DNA from: Octopus sinensis
Lineage: Eukaryota
Assembly (NCBI RefSeq): GCF_006345805.1
Contig: NC_042999.1
Location: 156,674,001-156,738,000 of the forward strand
Length of the DNA stretch: 64,000 nt
Direction: 5' to 3'
Positions 12,647-24,520 of the stretch are shown here, in pieces. A program made the position numbers and the translations under genes. Every line of letters starts with the position of its first letter. The first letter of the stretch is position 1. The notes beneath the pieces were generated by a model, which had not been told where the DNA came from, made no database searches, and saw only the letters and a list, made by a program, of their open reading frames with translations.

Positions 12647-13499
12647 GTAATGTTTCAGTATAGGCTTTACTAAGTGACCTAGCTTTTTATTGAATATCTA
12701 ACATTTTTCAGTACTAATTCAAGATTATAATTAAGTATTATGAATTACATATGATTTATAAATGTTACTCTTTGGGTATCTATAGTTTAATAAATTGGGG
12801 ATGAGGAATTTATGTTAATAATTTATAAAGAAGCTAACTTACAAATTTTAACGGATAATTTTTTAAACATTAGCAATATGTCAGCATGGAATTGGATCAC
12901 TTCAGTACATTGTAGTATATTTCATTTTAGTGAACTATAAGTATTATTTATTGATTGTGTATTATTTATTATTTATTAATTGTGTATTAATACGGTATTT
13001 TTCATTAATGTTACTTTAATGAAGGTTAAATATAAAGTGTGAAATGTCAAAATTTAAATTAAACATTGATACATTTATATACACAAAATCCTATTTATCA
13101 TTGTCATTATGATGATGATCATCATTACCACTAGCATCATCACCATCATCATCATCATCATCTTCATTATTGTCACTATTAGTGTCCTTTTTTCAATGTG
13201 GGCTTACGATGAATGAATCTGCTGTTGAGGACATGGAGGAAAGAAGGAAGTAGGTAACTTGCCAATCTTGCCATACACTGAGAGAATCAGATGTATGAAG
13301 TGCTCTGGATTGTAAGGCAAAATATTATGGGGAAGAAAGTGTGCTGGAATGACAGTGGGTCTCTTTCCCTAATTGATGGTAGGAAGAAAGAGGCCTGAAG
13401 ATGTTACTATGAAGGATTATTGTGGAAAATGCATAGCAAGAAGAGGAATCTATTCAAAGTGTCCCCAGCAGAAGAACCAGGCAATTATATAGTCAAAAT

Positions 13500-15340
13500 G
13501 ACCATTAAGTATAGGAAGGCAGGAAAAGTAGCTAATCCATCTGGTAGAGTCCCTAAAATTCTGAAAATTACTGGTGAAATAGGGCTTAAACTATTGTGTC
13601 TGGGGAGAGTCATTCTCTTTCAGTGCCTTATTATTTAACACACTCACTGATAAAATTTCCACTTCTTTCTTTCTTTTTTTTTAATGGTGAGTGTGTTAAA
13701 TAAGGCACTAAAAGAGAATGACTCTCCCCAGGCACAACAGAATATGCTTCAACACACGAACTCATAAAGAATCTTGCAAACCAAATCCAAAAACGAAATA
13801 GGGCTTAAACTAGTTATCCACATAGTCAACCAAGTTACAGGGTAGTGTCATGTCAGAAGAAAGTAACTACTGAAATATCAAGCAGAGAGACCAAACTATG
13901 AAAGTAACATAAAGACTCTTAGAGCACAGTTGATGAAGACAAGTATCATCTTAGATGAGATACAGTCCAGATTTACCCCAGGTCAATTTAACATTGATGC
14001 TCTCTTCATAGTGAGACAGCTGCAAGAGAAGTTTTTAGCTGCAAGTAAACCTCTCTACATGGCATTTGTTGATCAGGAAAAAAGCCTGCGACAGAGTATC
14101 AGGATGCATGGTCTTGATGATCATTAAGAGAACTCAGAAATGATGAAATATGCAATCTATGTACAGGATAGGCACAGGAGTGGCTGTGTGGTAAGTAGCT
14201 GGCTTACCAACCACATGGTTCCGGGTTCAGTCCCACTGCGTGGCACCTTGGGCAAGTGTCTTCTACTATAGCCTCGGGCCGACCAATGCCTTGTGAGTGG
14301 ATTTGGTAGACGGAAACTGAAAGAAGCCCATCGTATATATGTATATATATATATATATGTGTGTGTGCGTGTGTGTTTGTGTGTCTGTGTTTGTCCCTCT
14401 AGCATTGCTAGACAACCGATGCTGGTGTGTTTATGTCCCCGTCACTTAGCAGTTCGGCAAAAGAAACCAATAGAATAAGTACTGGGCTTACAAAGAATAA
14501 GTCCCGGGGTTGAGTTGCTCGACTAAAGGCGGTGTTCCAGCATGGCTGCAGTCAAATGACTGAAACAAGTAAAAGAGTAAAAGAGTAAAAGAGAATACAG
14601 TCAATGAAGTGTATTACCAATGAGTTTGGTAAAGAATTTAGAATACAAATAGGTGTCCACCAAGGCTCTGTTCTCAGCTACCTCATATTTATCATAGTCC
14701 TCCAAGTCATAGCAGACTGGTGTCCCATGAAGCCTCCTATATGCTGATGACCCAGGCCTTATAGCAGAAACTCTGGTAAATTTAGAAAAAACATCAGACA
14801 GGAATCAAAAGGCCTCATAGTAGCTATAGTGAATACTAAGATGTTAGTAAACAAGCAGGAAAATGAGACTATTATTCTGACAAGGAAATGGCCATACTTA
14901 GTATGCAAAAAAGTATGTAGAAATTTCTTAAGATGTACCTAATATGATTAATGAGTGCACAAAATGTGTACCGGAATCAATGGCAGGCTGACAGTGAATA
15001 AGGACTTTGCATATGGTAGATAAGCTGGTGTAGTTAGCTCTCAGAACACCAGTAAAATAAATTTGTTGCAATGCTCTAAAGGCTCTATAGAAGTAGTAGA
15101 TAACTTCTACTACTTCAGTGATCTAATTACCAGAGGAGGAAAGAGTTCTAAAAGCATAGTAGCCAGATCTAGAATATGGTGTAAAAAGTTCAGGGAGCTA
15201 TTACATCTACAGACAAAAGGAGAATTCTTTTTCCAAGTGAAAGGTATATTGTATGAAATAAACTGTAATATTGCATGATAGTAAGATAGGTGCACTGAAT
15301 ATAGATGTCTGTAGATTGGGGAAAGACAGGAAGTGAACAT
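13500..15340 (+). pseudogene. Decayed RTE LINE RT region, interrupted by a hairpin insertion (13594-13794) and a SINE (14171-14593)
   Basis: DALFIVRQLQEKFLA...LYMAFVD, LLYADD-encoding ctcctatatgctgatgac near 14735, IEVVDNFYY; same family as the 49-54 kb RTE. Confidence 0.85.
14171..14593 (+). mobile_element. SINE family A inserted in the decayed RTE
   Basis: Full match; tail (gtaaaaga)n. Confidence 0.9.
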
Positions 15341-15342
15341 AA

Positions 15343-15628
15343 ACTAGTGGTTAGAGCAGCAGACTAGCAGTTGAGAGATCGCGGGTTCGAATCTCAGACC
15401 GGGCAATGTGTATGTTTATGAGCGAAACACCTAAGCTCCACGTAGTTCTGCCAGAAGGTAATAGCGAACTTCTGCTGACTCTTTCACCACAACTTTCTTT
15501 CACATTAAGGCAGCGAGCTGGCAGAAATGTTAGCACGCCAGGTGAAATGCTTAGTGGTATTTCATCTGCCGTTATGTTCTGAGTTCAAATTCTGAGTTCA
15601 AATTCTGCCGTTATGTTCTGAGTTCAAA
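15343..15628 (+). mobile_element. Diverged SINE B head followed by a partial SINE C with short internal duplications
   Basis: gcgggttcgaatctc B-box; gttatgttctgagttcaaat repeated. Confidence 0.65.
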
Positions 15629-15850
15629 TAAACTAGTAATCAGTGACCCCAGATTAGGGATACATAATCTCAGAGCAATTAGAAGAGAGAACAACAACAA
15701 TGATAATGGTGATGGCTATGATGACAATAACAACAATGAGGCTGTTTCATATTAATAACTTTGTGGACAAAAACAACTGTTGGTTGGTTTAGATAATTAG
15801 TAGTTTTCTTCTGGATGAAATAGGTTTGTAAATTGCTTTACCATTATTAC

Positions 15851-15904
15851 CTCTCGGCAAATTTGTCATAGGTATGTCAATACCTGCCAATTTTTTTTCA
15901 ATAA
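15851..15904 (-). CDS. slo2: Probable 54-nt KCNT/Slo2 linker exon: (F)IEKKLAGIDIPMTNLPR(D)
   Basis: Strong pyrimidine tract atttcttgttcttcacag|, G|gtaata donor, phase 1-1, open in the required frame; no homology support. Confidence 0.55.
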
Positions 15905-16570
15905 CTGTGAAGAACAAGAAAATAATCCTAATAAATGGCAACTGCAAATTATTTCTTTGAACAAGTGGATAGACACTTTATTGTCAGTCTTGGGAAAAGT
16001 CTAATATATAATGAAATTCAAGGAACGTAATATTGTGATTTTCTTGTATACAGCAATATAAATATTGGAAGTAAAAAATGCAGATATGTAGACAATTTTT
16101 CTGAAAAAAATAAGAAGTAATATTTAGTCTCATGTTCATAGCTTGTAAGATAGCATAAAAAAACATTTTTTTTGTCCAAAGCCAAACTCAAAAGGTGTAG
16201 TGCTCCAAACTGTTGCAGGCTTTCATAGGAGGAGTGGGCATAATTGATAGAACTTCTGTCGGTTGATGTTTGGAAATAAAATGTTGGAAATAAAATGCTG
16301 GAAATGAATTTCATAAAAGTATAGTTCTGAGTAGAAAATATTAGGCAAAGGAATTAGTATGATGTTAAGTGATGAGACACAACTGGAGTGACAAGAAGAG
16401 GAAATACACGGAATGTTTTATTGTAAAGGTGGTTCATGGGTGCTTTGTCCACAAGAGCAGAGGCTTTGTATTATTCTTAGAGGTTATGTATATTTAGCAA
16501 GAGGTTTTGATGAGGCTAAATAGCAATGTCATATGCAGAGGAGCAAAATAGAAAATATATATATATGTAT

Positions 16571-16870
16571 GTGGAGGCGCAATGGCCCAGTGGTTAGGGC
16601 AGTGGACTCGCGGTTGTAGGATCGCGGTTTTGATTCCCAGACCAGGCGTTGTGATTGTTTACTGAGCGAAAAACACCTAAAGCTCCACGAGGCTCTGGCA
16701 GGGGTGGTGGCGATCCCTGCAGTACTCTTTCGCTGTAACTTTCTCCCACTCTTTCTTCTGTTGGCCTGCTCACTTAACCAGCGGGGTGGCGTCATTTGAA
16801 GGCTAAAACAATGTGAAGCGCATTGTGTAACAACATCTGATAGCCTGGTCGGTCATGGTGATCACAGTGA
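16571..16870 (+). mobile_element. tRNA-derived SINE family B
   Basis: A box tggcccagtgg and B-box-like ggttttgattcc; matches 33158 and 55565 copies. Confidence 0.88.
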
Positions 16871-17724
16871 TATATATATATATAAAACGATATAAACCAG
16901 GATTACACTAGATAGAATGGATTTAGAGTTAAAGAGATCTCTATTGATGCATATTATGAGTGACAAAGCTGGAAAAAGCTTCTAATACAGGAGTTAATAA
17001 CTGGTTGGAGGCACAACATCACTAGCATGTATTCTTTTAAAATAAAGAATTGGGTGCATATTGTAATATGTGGATTGGAGAAAGAAAAAGCAGTGTTGAA
17101 GCTTTTCCATGCATCATCCTGTGATGCACCTGGACACATCATTAGTGATGTTATCTGGGATCATTAAGTATTTTGAGCCTTTTAACAATCAGACACTCTC
17201 ACCTAGGCAATCCAAACAGAGTTAATGAAATCTCAGCTTGAGCTCGTTAACACTACTCCTTCCAGAGCTCATAACTCCTGATCCACAACTACTTTAAGAC
17301 AACCTCCTCAGTCTCCTCAACCAACTAGCCCCTGTGATGTCCAGCAGGTTGTAATCTCTGCAGAAGGACTGACCTGCAAACCCCCTTTATCCTATTTCAC
17401 TGGCATCACACATTGCTTGCCACTCATTACTTTGGCATATTTTATTCTCTTCCTTTCATCTTCACCCTCAATAAGGTCTTCCAAGGAAATGAAGAGTTCT
17501 AACAGAACCACCTGCATCAGATGCTTCTGAGATTAACACAACATGTAGCCTGACAATGATGAGAGAACAACAGATATGTATTGGCTTATGTTTTTCACTG
17601 TTTGATTTGCCTAATAGTGGTTTTATCTCTAATTTGATATAATATAATATAATATATTTATACTATAAAATTGGATTTAATCCTAAATCTCATTTTCCCC
17701 TGTAAGTTTGGATTCATTCCCTAA

Positions 17725-17795
<71 letters not shown>

Positions 17796-18225
17796 CCCAT
17801 TAATACAGTTTAATCACTATTTGACAAACTTACTGTTATCCCTCTCTCTGTGTCTACACAACTACTACCATGAATTCTACTCCTTTGAACTAGTTAACTG
17901 TATACCCCACCTTTCCATAGCTTGCCTTCTGTCTGCCATGCTGTCTAAACTCTCAAAACCTATATAAGTGCAGTTTCCAATTCCTTCCTCTTCACAATTA
18001 CTTTCTAGCATCTGCAATGTCAGAAAAAAATGGCAAACTTCTCCCAGAAGCTTTAAATCTCAAGTCAATTCGAGATGAAGCCATTCTTCTTCTTCATTAC
18101 AAATAGCAACAACCACAACAATAACAATACCAAATGACGTGGTTTGTGTGTCAGTGGTTGAAGTGTGATAAGAGTATAAGAGTAGAGGAACAGTGTGTCA
18201 CTAAGAATGGGATAGATATTTTTAA

Positions 18226-18445
18226 CCCTTTAACATTCAAACCGGCCATATCTGGCTAAAATATTTAACCTGTTTTATATTGAAACTGTCCAGATCTCGC
18301 CACTCACCTCAGCCCTACCATGTCGTTCTAAATCTAAAAAATCACATCACTGAAATCTCTAAACTAAAAGATAATGCATGATTAATTCAAACCATTTTAA
18401 ATAAACAAATATCACATTTGACAGAATTATCTGAACACTAAAGAG
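18226..18445. mobile_element. piggyBac-like MITE family 1
   Basis: TTAA-CCCTTT...AAAG(A)G-TTAA; homologous to 40236 and 43570 copies. Confidence 0.8.
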
Positions 18446-18736
18446 TTAATGCAGGAGCTAAGTGAACAACTGTTGATGGATAAAGGTATTCAGAGAGAAG
18501 TGGATCAACAGATGAACTTATACAAATAAGAAGAGACACTTTAAGTCAAAAGACTGGAAAACTTTTATTACAAGCATCCAGATGAGAGAAGTGAATAGAA
18601 AGAAAATGGTTAGCACTCTTCAAAAGCAACAACATAATAGAGATTAGCAGAGATGGAACATAGAGGATGAGAAATTTCCTATACAGCTTACATGTGTGAA
18701 GTTTTATGCTAAAAGTAAAAGACTTTTATTCAATAA

Positions 18737-19148
18737 CAGGAGTGGCTGTGTGGTAAGTAGCTTGCTTACCAACCACATGGTTCCGGGTTCAGTCCCACTG
18801 CGTGGCATCTTGGGCAAGTGTCTTCTACTATGGCCTCAGGCCAACCAATGCCTTGTGAGTGGATTTGGTAGACGGAAACTGAAAGAAGCCTGTCGTATAT
18901 ATATGTATATGTATGTATGTGTATGTGTGTGTATATGTTTGTGTGTCTGTGTTTGTCCCCCTAGCATTGCTTGACAACCGATGCTGGTGTGTTTATGTCC
19001 CCGTTACTTAGCGGTTCGGCAAAAGAGACCGATAGAATAAGTACTGGGCTTACAAAAAGAATAAGTCCCGGGGTCGAGTTGCTCGATTAAAGGCGGTGCT
19101 CCAGCATGGCCACAGTCAAATGACTGAAACAAGTAAAAAGAAAAAAAA
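18737..19148 (+). mobile_element. SINE family A
   Basis: Full match; ends about 30 nt from the donor at 19176. Confidence 0.9.
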
Positions 19149-19176
19149 GATTAAAAAAATAACAAGAATAACTTAC

Positions 19177-19364
19177 AGCGTCTCTCTCCATTTAAAGATT
19201 GCTGTTCATTAAAATCATGTTTAATCTGCGCATATTCTTCTTGTGTTATGCTTAAGTAATAACAGATATCAGATTTTTTCAGTGTATAACTTGATCCAGG
19301 ATTCAGTTGTATTTGATTGTTTGGTTTTAAAGTATCTTCGACTGCAAGCAAACATACACCAAAT
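19177..19364 (-). CDS. slo2: KCNT/Slo2 exon: (K)FGVCLLAVEDTLKPNNQIQLNPGSSYTLKKSDICYYLSITQEEYAQIKHDFNEQQSLNGERR (188 nt)
   Basis: tttcag| acceptor, T|gtaagt donor, phase 2-1; GVCL, LNPG and CYYxxIT.EE motifs. Confidence 0.95.
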
Positions 19365-19424
19365 CTGAAATAAAATTTAATAACAATAATTGTGTCAGAA
19401 TTAATAGAATACCACTACTAGCTA

Positions 19425-20070
19425 CGCACGTAAAAAACACCATCCGAGCGTGGCCGTTCGCCAGCCTCGTCTGGCACCTGTGTCCATGGCACATAAAAAA
19501 ATAAATAAATAAAAAAAACAAAAAAAAACCACCACCCGAGCGTGGCCGTTCGCCAGCCTCGTCTGGCACCTGTGTCCGTGGCACATAAAAAACACCATCC
19601 AAGTGTGGCCGTTCGCCAGCCTCGTCTGGCACCTGTGTCCGTGGCACATAAAAAATAAATAAATAAAAAAAAACAAAAAAAAACCACCACCCGAGCGTGG
19701 CCGTTCGCCAGCCTCGTCTGGCACCTGTGTCCGTGGCACATAAAAAACACCATCCAAGCGTGGCCGTTCGCCAGCCTCGTCTGGCACCTGTGTCCGTGGC
19801 ACATAAAAAATAAATAAATAAAAAAAAAACAAAAAAAAACACCATCCGAGCGTGGCCGTTCGCCAGCCTCGTCTGGCACCTGTGTCGGTGGCACATAAAA
19901 AGCACCCACTACACTAACGGAGTGGTTGGCATGAGGAAGGGCATCCAGCTGTAGAAACACTGCCAGATCTGACTGGCCTGGTGCAGCCTTCGGGCTTCCC
20001 AGACTCCAGCTGAACCGTCCAACCCATGCTAGCATGGAAAGCGGACGTTAAACGACGATGATGATGATGA
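19425..20070 (+). mobile_element. RTE 3'-UTR/tail fragment with a 92/63-bp alternating tandem array
   Basis: Six copies of gtggccgttcgccagcctcgtctggcacctgtgtc at 19450, 19542, 19605, 19697, 19760, 19852; (ATG)n tail at about 20055-20070. Confidence 0.92.
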
Positions 20071-20139
20071 TAAACAACACACATTGTTTATCAATATTAT
20101 ATTTCTTTATCATCAATTTCAAAATAAATAAAAAAAATG

Positions 20140-20482
20140 GTTCTGGGTTCAGTCCCACTGCATGGCATCGTGGGCAAGTGTCTTCTGCTATAGCCTCGGG
20201 CCGACCAAAGCCTTGTGAGTGGATTTGGTAGACAGAAACTGAAAGAAGCCTGTCGTATATATGTATATATGTATGTGTGTGTATATATTTGTCTGTGTTT
20301 GTCCCTCTAGCATTGCTTGACAACCGATGCTGGTGTGTTTACGTCCCCGTCACTTAGCGGTTTGGCAAAAGAGACCGATAGAATAAGTACTGGACTTACA
20401 AAGAATAAGTCCCGAGGTCGATTTGCTCGACTAAAGGTGGTGCTCCAGCATGGCCACAGTCAAATGACTGAAACAAGTAATA
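20140..20482 (+). mobile_element. SINE family A, 5'-truncated
   Basis: Match from ggttcagtcccactg onward. Confidence 0.88.
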
Positions 20483-20952
20483 GAGTATATATATTGACAT
20501 TTAATGGCTAGTGTAAAGAAACTGGATTTCTTTAATGAAAATCTATCACAATTTTCAATATTCCTAAATTAGCTAAAATAAAAGGATCAAAGCATCATTC
20601 CATATCTTCTTTGCATACTTTACCCAGTTATACTTTTTTTCAATTGATAAGAAGTCTCAATTGAACTGAAACCTTTCTTATATTTTTCAAACCGAGTTAC
20701 AAGCCAAATCACTGCTCCTTAAAACACCACATAAAATCCCATCAAAGTTCTGTAGTTTTAAATAATTTTGAAAACTCACCACTTTATGCTTTGTTACATT
20801 TCTTTTGAGTTTATTTTATGAAATATTTTTATGATGTAATATGTTTCTATGTAATACTTTGTATTATATATATACATATATATTGGTAAAAACGGTAAGA
20901 TAACAAAAGAAAGAAAGAGACCTCAATATTATGTAAATAGAGGAAATTTATC

Positions 20953-21154
20953 TGTAAAATAATATGTGACAATTATTCAATAGCCAAGATAAAACTCTGA
21001 GTTTCGGATGCCGAGGTGGAAATCCACAACACCATCTCTTCAGTTTTTCAGATGGCCAGATAACCGAAGAGATGGTGTTGTGGATTTCCACCTCGGCATC
21101 CGAAACTCAGAGTTTTATCTTGGCTATTGAATAATTGTCACATATTATTTTACA
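20953..21154. repeat. Perfect 89-bp inverted repeat with 24-nt spacer (Penelope-like pseudo-LTR inversion) containing hammerhead-like cores
   Basis: 20953-21041 is the exact reverse complement of 21066-21154. Confidence 0.95.
21055..21124 (+). ncRNA. Minimal type I hammerhead-like motif (U4C variant)
   Basis: Stem I GCCAGAUAA/UUAUC(U)UGGC, core CCGAAGA, stem II GAUG/CAUC, GAAA, near-palindromic stem III ACUCAGAGU, GUU triplet. Confidence 0.55.
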
Positions 21155-21536
21155 TATATATATATCTTATATAAAATCCATTCTGTCTCTCTATGTGTGT
21201 GTGTGGCTTCTAGGATCTCGGGCATCCTCTATCCGATTGCGCTCAAATTTGATACGTAGATACCGACAGTATCAGGGCGTGTATAAGTCTTGAAAAAATT
21301 ACAAAAATCAATTCCAGGTGAGAATGCAATTGATAAAGCCGTGGGAAATCGTTTTTCTTTGAATAGAAAAAAAGTCTATCTTTATTTCTTCTTTTGGTGG
21401 TATCTCAAATTAAGGTTAAATCAGTGTTTCTCAAAGGGGAGGTCTATGGGACAGTTAGACAAGTTGTTTTGAGAAAATTTGCTTTAAATGTTTGACAACT
21501 CAGCACCATCCATTGGCCGGGGAGGGGGTCGTTTTG

Positions 21537-21596
<60 letters not shown>

Positions 21597-21609
21597 ATTT
21601 TATAGAAGG

Positions 21610-21660
21610 AGCTTCTGCAGGACTAGAACTGTTTCATTCAGATGAAATCTTCAGGAAGCT
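21610..21660 (-). ncRNA. Degenerate hammerhead-like motif
   Basis: AGCUUC-CUGAAGA-uuucaucugaau-GAAA-CAG-loop-CUG-CA-GAAGCU; triplet GCA instead of GUA; weak stem II. Confidence 0.45.
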
Positions 21661-21786
21661 GGCTGTCAAAATAAGTTCTGGTATTTATGCATTTAGGCAG
21701 ATTTAATAGAGTGGTGGTGGGGGACGTTTTTTGGGTAGGTTGGTATTTAGGAGATAAACAGGGCACAAGCTATTGTTCTTAGGGGA

Positions 21787-22068
<282 letters not shown>

Positions 22069-22218
22069 TGCGAATCTGAATAACACTTAGCTTTAGAAAT
22101 ATGAACTTATTTACAATGGATTTAAATGGTTTCTACCTAATTAAGATTTCAGAAACCTTTGAAGAAATAAATAAATTGAACTTTTGTAAAGGAAAACAAA
22201 AATTAAAATGAAACATAC

Positions 22219-22368
22219 TTTGCATGAGCATCAGCTGAAGCTTCAGTGAAGCTTTTTCCTATGTAGTGACTGAAAAACAAGCTATTTTCAAGGGAAATAT
22301 GGTAAAGCTCATTCCCCGAATGACGTCCATAAATTTTCTGCCACCTTTCTGGAGCATCTTTACCTATA
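22219..22368 (-). CDS. slo2: KCNT/Slo2 exon: [49 protein letters not shown](K) (150 nt)
   Basis: tttag| acceptor, AA|gtatg donor, phase 2-2; YGRxSGNExYHI and GKSFT motifs. Confidence 0.95.
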
Positions 22369-23815
22369 CTAAATAGAAATAAAATACAACACAATATTAA
22401 AGGGCCAGGTAAAAATAATGAGAAACCTCTATGAACACACATTAACCCTAACAACACATAACACACATAACCCTAGCAACACATGAACTTGCTTTAAAAA
22501 TAAAGTTTTGACCTGTTCTTGTGTCACCTCCACTTACACATTCCCAATCCATGTTTTTTGGTCAGTTATTAAACAGCACAATATTTTACATAATTACCAA
22601 ACACTCCAATCTACCACATTGAAAATAATTACCAATGGTATTTGTCCTCAGTTATGATTCTATTCATATCTAGGATGCTTTATTTTCTCCAATGGGGATG
22701 TGATGAAAACAAAGACAATTTTAATTGGATTTGAACTCAGAGTGTAAAGGACCATAGCTAAATATCATAGGATAAGCTCCTCACGGAAGACAGCAAAAGA
22801 AATATAATTGATGAGTGTTTAATTATTGCTAAACAGAGTTTGAATATTACAATGAGTATCAGTTGGAGAGGAAAAGGATTGTCTGGACTGACTTCTAGAT
22901 ATATGATAAGAAAGAATTAAGTGGTGCTTCAAAAATCAAAACCAGGTAAACGAAAGACAATGTTTTTCTTAGTGCTGTCCATAAAGAATACAGTCTTGCT
23001 CACTAATGACTGCATCTGTGGCTGTTAATGACTGCTTCCATCAAATTTGAAATGTTGTATGTGTTAATTGGCAAGGACTGAGGGGCTACTTTTCTTAGTA
23101 ATGGGATACACATACAGTAGTATGTTTAGAAAATCAGGTTAGAGAGAGAAAAAGAGATTGAAGAATTTGATGAGAATAGGAGTTAAATCTAGAACCAGTC
23201 CATTTATTTTATAATAACCATGCATTGAGATAACTTTTCTAATCGTAAGTGAATTAAAATATTACAGTAAAGTCAAAGATAATAAAATTTTCCCCTTCTT
23301 TTTAAGAAGATCACTCTAGTGGGGTCAACGTGATCTCTCTTAAACAGTTGTAAGTTGATGGCTGCATGTAGAACATAATTAGAGAGGAAATTCCAAAAGA
23401 TTATTACTCAAGGAGGAAGCACTGAAGTGTGGGGTCTAGCAGAGAGATTCAATATGAATGATGAAAGGAGGAGAGAGACTGGCAGTTGTGCCACTGAGTA
23501 GAAGGGGCACAAGAACAGTCACCTCTACAGATCAAAGGCCATTAACACTGGCAGATGGAGATGCAGCACATCTGTGAACCAGAGTTTGGAGTGTGTTGGT
23601 GAGCTAAAATGCTGATCAATCAGATGTTGGAATATGTGTCTGAAGCAGAAAGATTTATAAATTAGAAGGAAATGTTGAAGCAAGAACAAACAAAAAAGGG
23701 GAAAAACAATAAAAAAAAATTTCCACGATAAAATTAGGGTGCATATTTTGATGATAAAATATAAAACTAAAGAAGTATTTGAAACATTCAACTAATATAA
23801 TAAATTGGCACTTAC

Positions 23816-23924
23816 TCTCCTTCATAAGTATGAAGCATTAATGTCACCAATGTTGATATTCCTGGATACATGCAATTATTGGCAAAGAGAGCATATTTAA
23901 ATTCATCTTCACATACTATACAAT
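23816..23924 (-). CDS. slo2: KCNT/Slo2 exon: (D)CIVCEDEFKYALFANNCMYPGISTLVTLMLHTYEG(D) (109 nt)
   Basis: tttcag| acceptor, GA|gtaagt donor, phase 1-2; VCEDEFKYA and STLVTL motifs. Confidence 0.95.
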
Positions 23925-24129
23925 CTGAAATAAATAATTAACTTCAGTTAGAGTCTTCTACTTAATCATCCTTATGGTAGCTGTATTAGTACCAATATAT
24001 AAAATGCCATTTTCAGTGATTCCAGAGTGTCCCACCCATCCAATATTTTTCTTTTTATTTATTTATTCATTTCTTTTTCACCCTCATAGTCTTTGCATAG
24101 GCCTGTGGTGAGCTTGGTTCTCTTTTGCT

Positions 24130-24520
24130 AAACTGGAATTTCTTTGCCAGGCATTGCAAAACCTAAGCAACTAGAAGGCACCCAGGCACCATAGAAACAC
24201 CAATTTCTGGTTAAAATATCCAACAGGAATACATTAAGGTGCCAGCTGAGAAAATAAACAAAGTAAAATCAAAATAATGGCTGATTCAAGGCAGAGACTG
24301 AAGGATTTCTAATTTCAGCACAAGATCAAAGCCTTCCCAACAGAAATCATCAGAAACACATAATGAAGAAAAATTCAACTGCAGAATATGTGGTGATGAG
24401 AATAAATCATATTGTCTCTAGCTGCCCAGTGTTGGCTAAGAAAGAATATATCCAGATGCATGACAAAGTTGGGACCTATGTACACAGGAAGCTATGCAAA
24501 TACTATGGAATGACAGAGGA
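24130..24520 (+). pseudogene. C-terminal fragment of an R4/Dong-like non-LTR retroelement
   Basis: Frameshifted CRICG...CPVLAKKEYIQMHDKVGTYVHRKLCKYYG zinc-knuckle region. Confidence 0.6.

Noticed and set aside
16571-16650. tRNA-like A/B boxes at SINE heads
   Set aside because: No complete cloverleaf; these are SINE promoters, not tRNA genes
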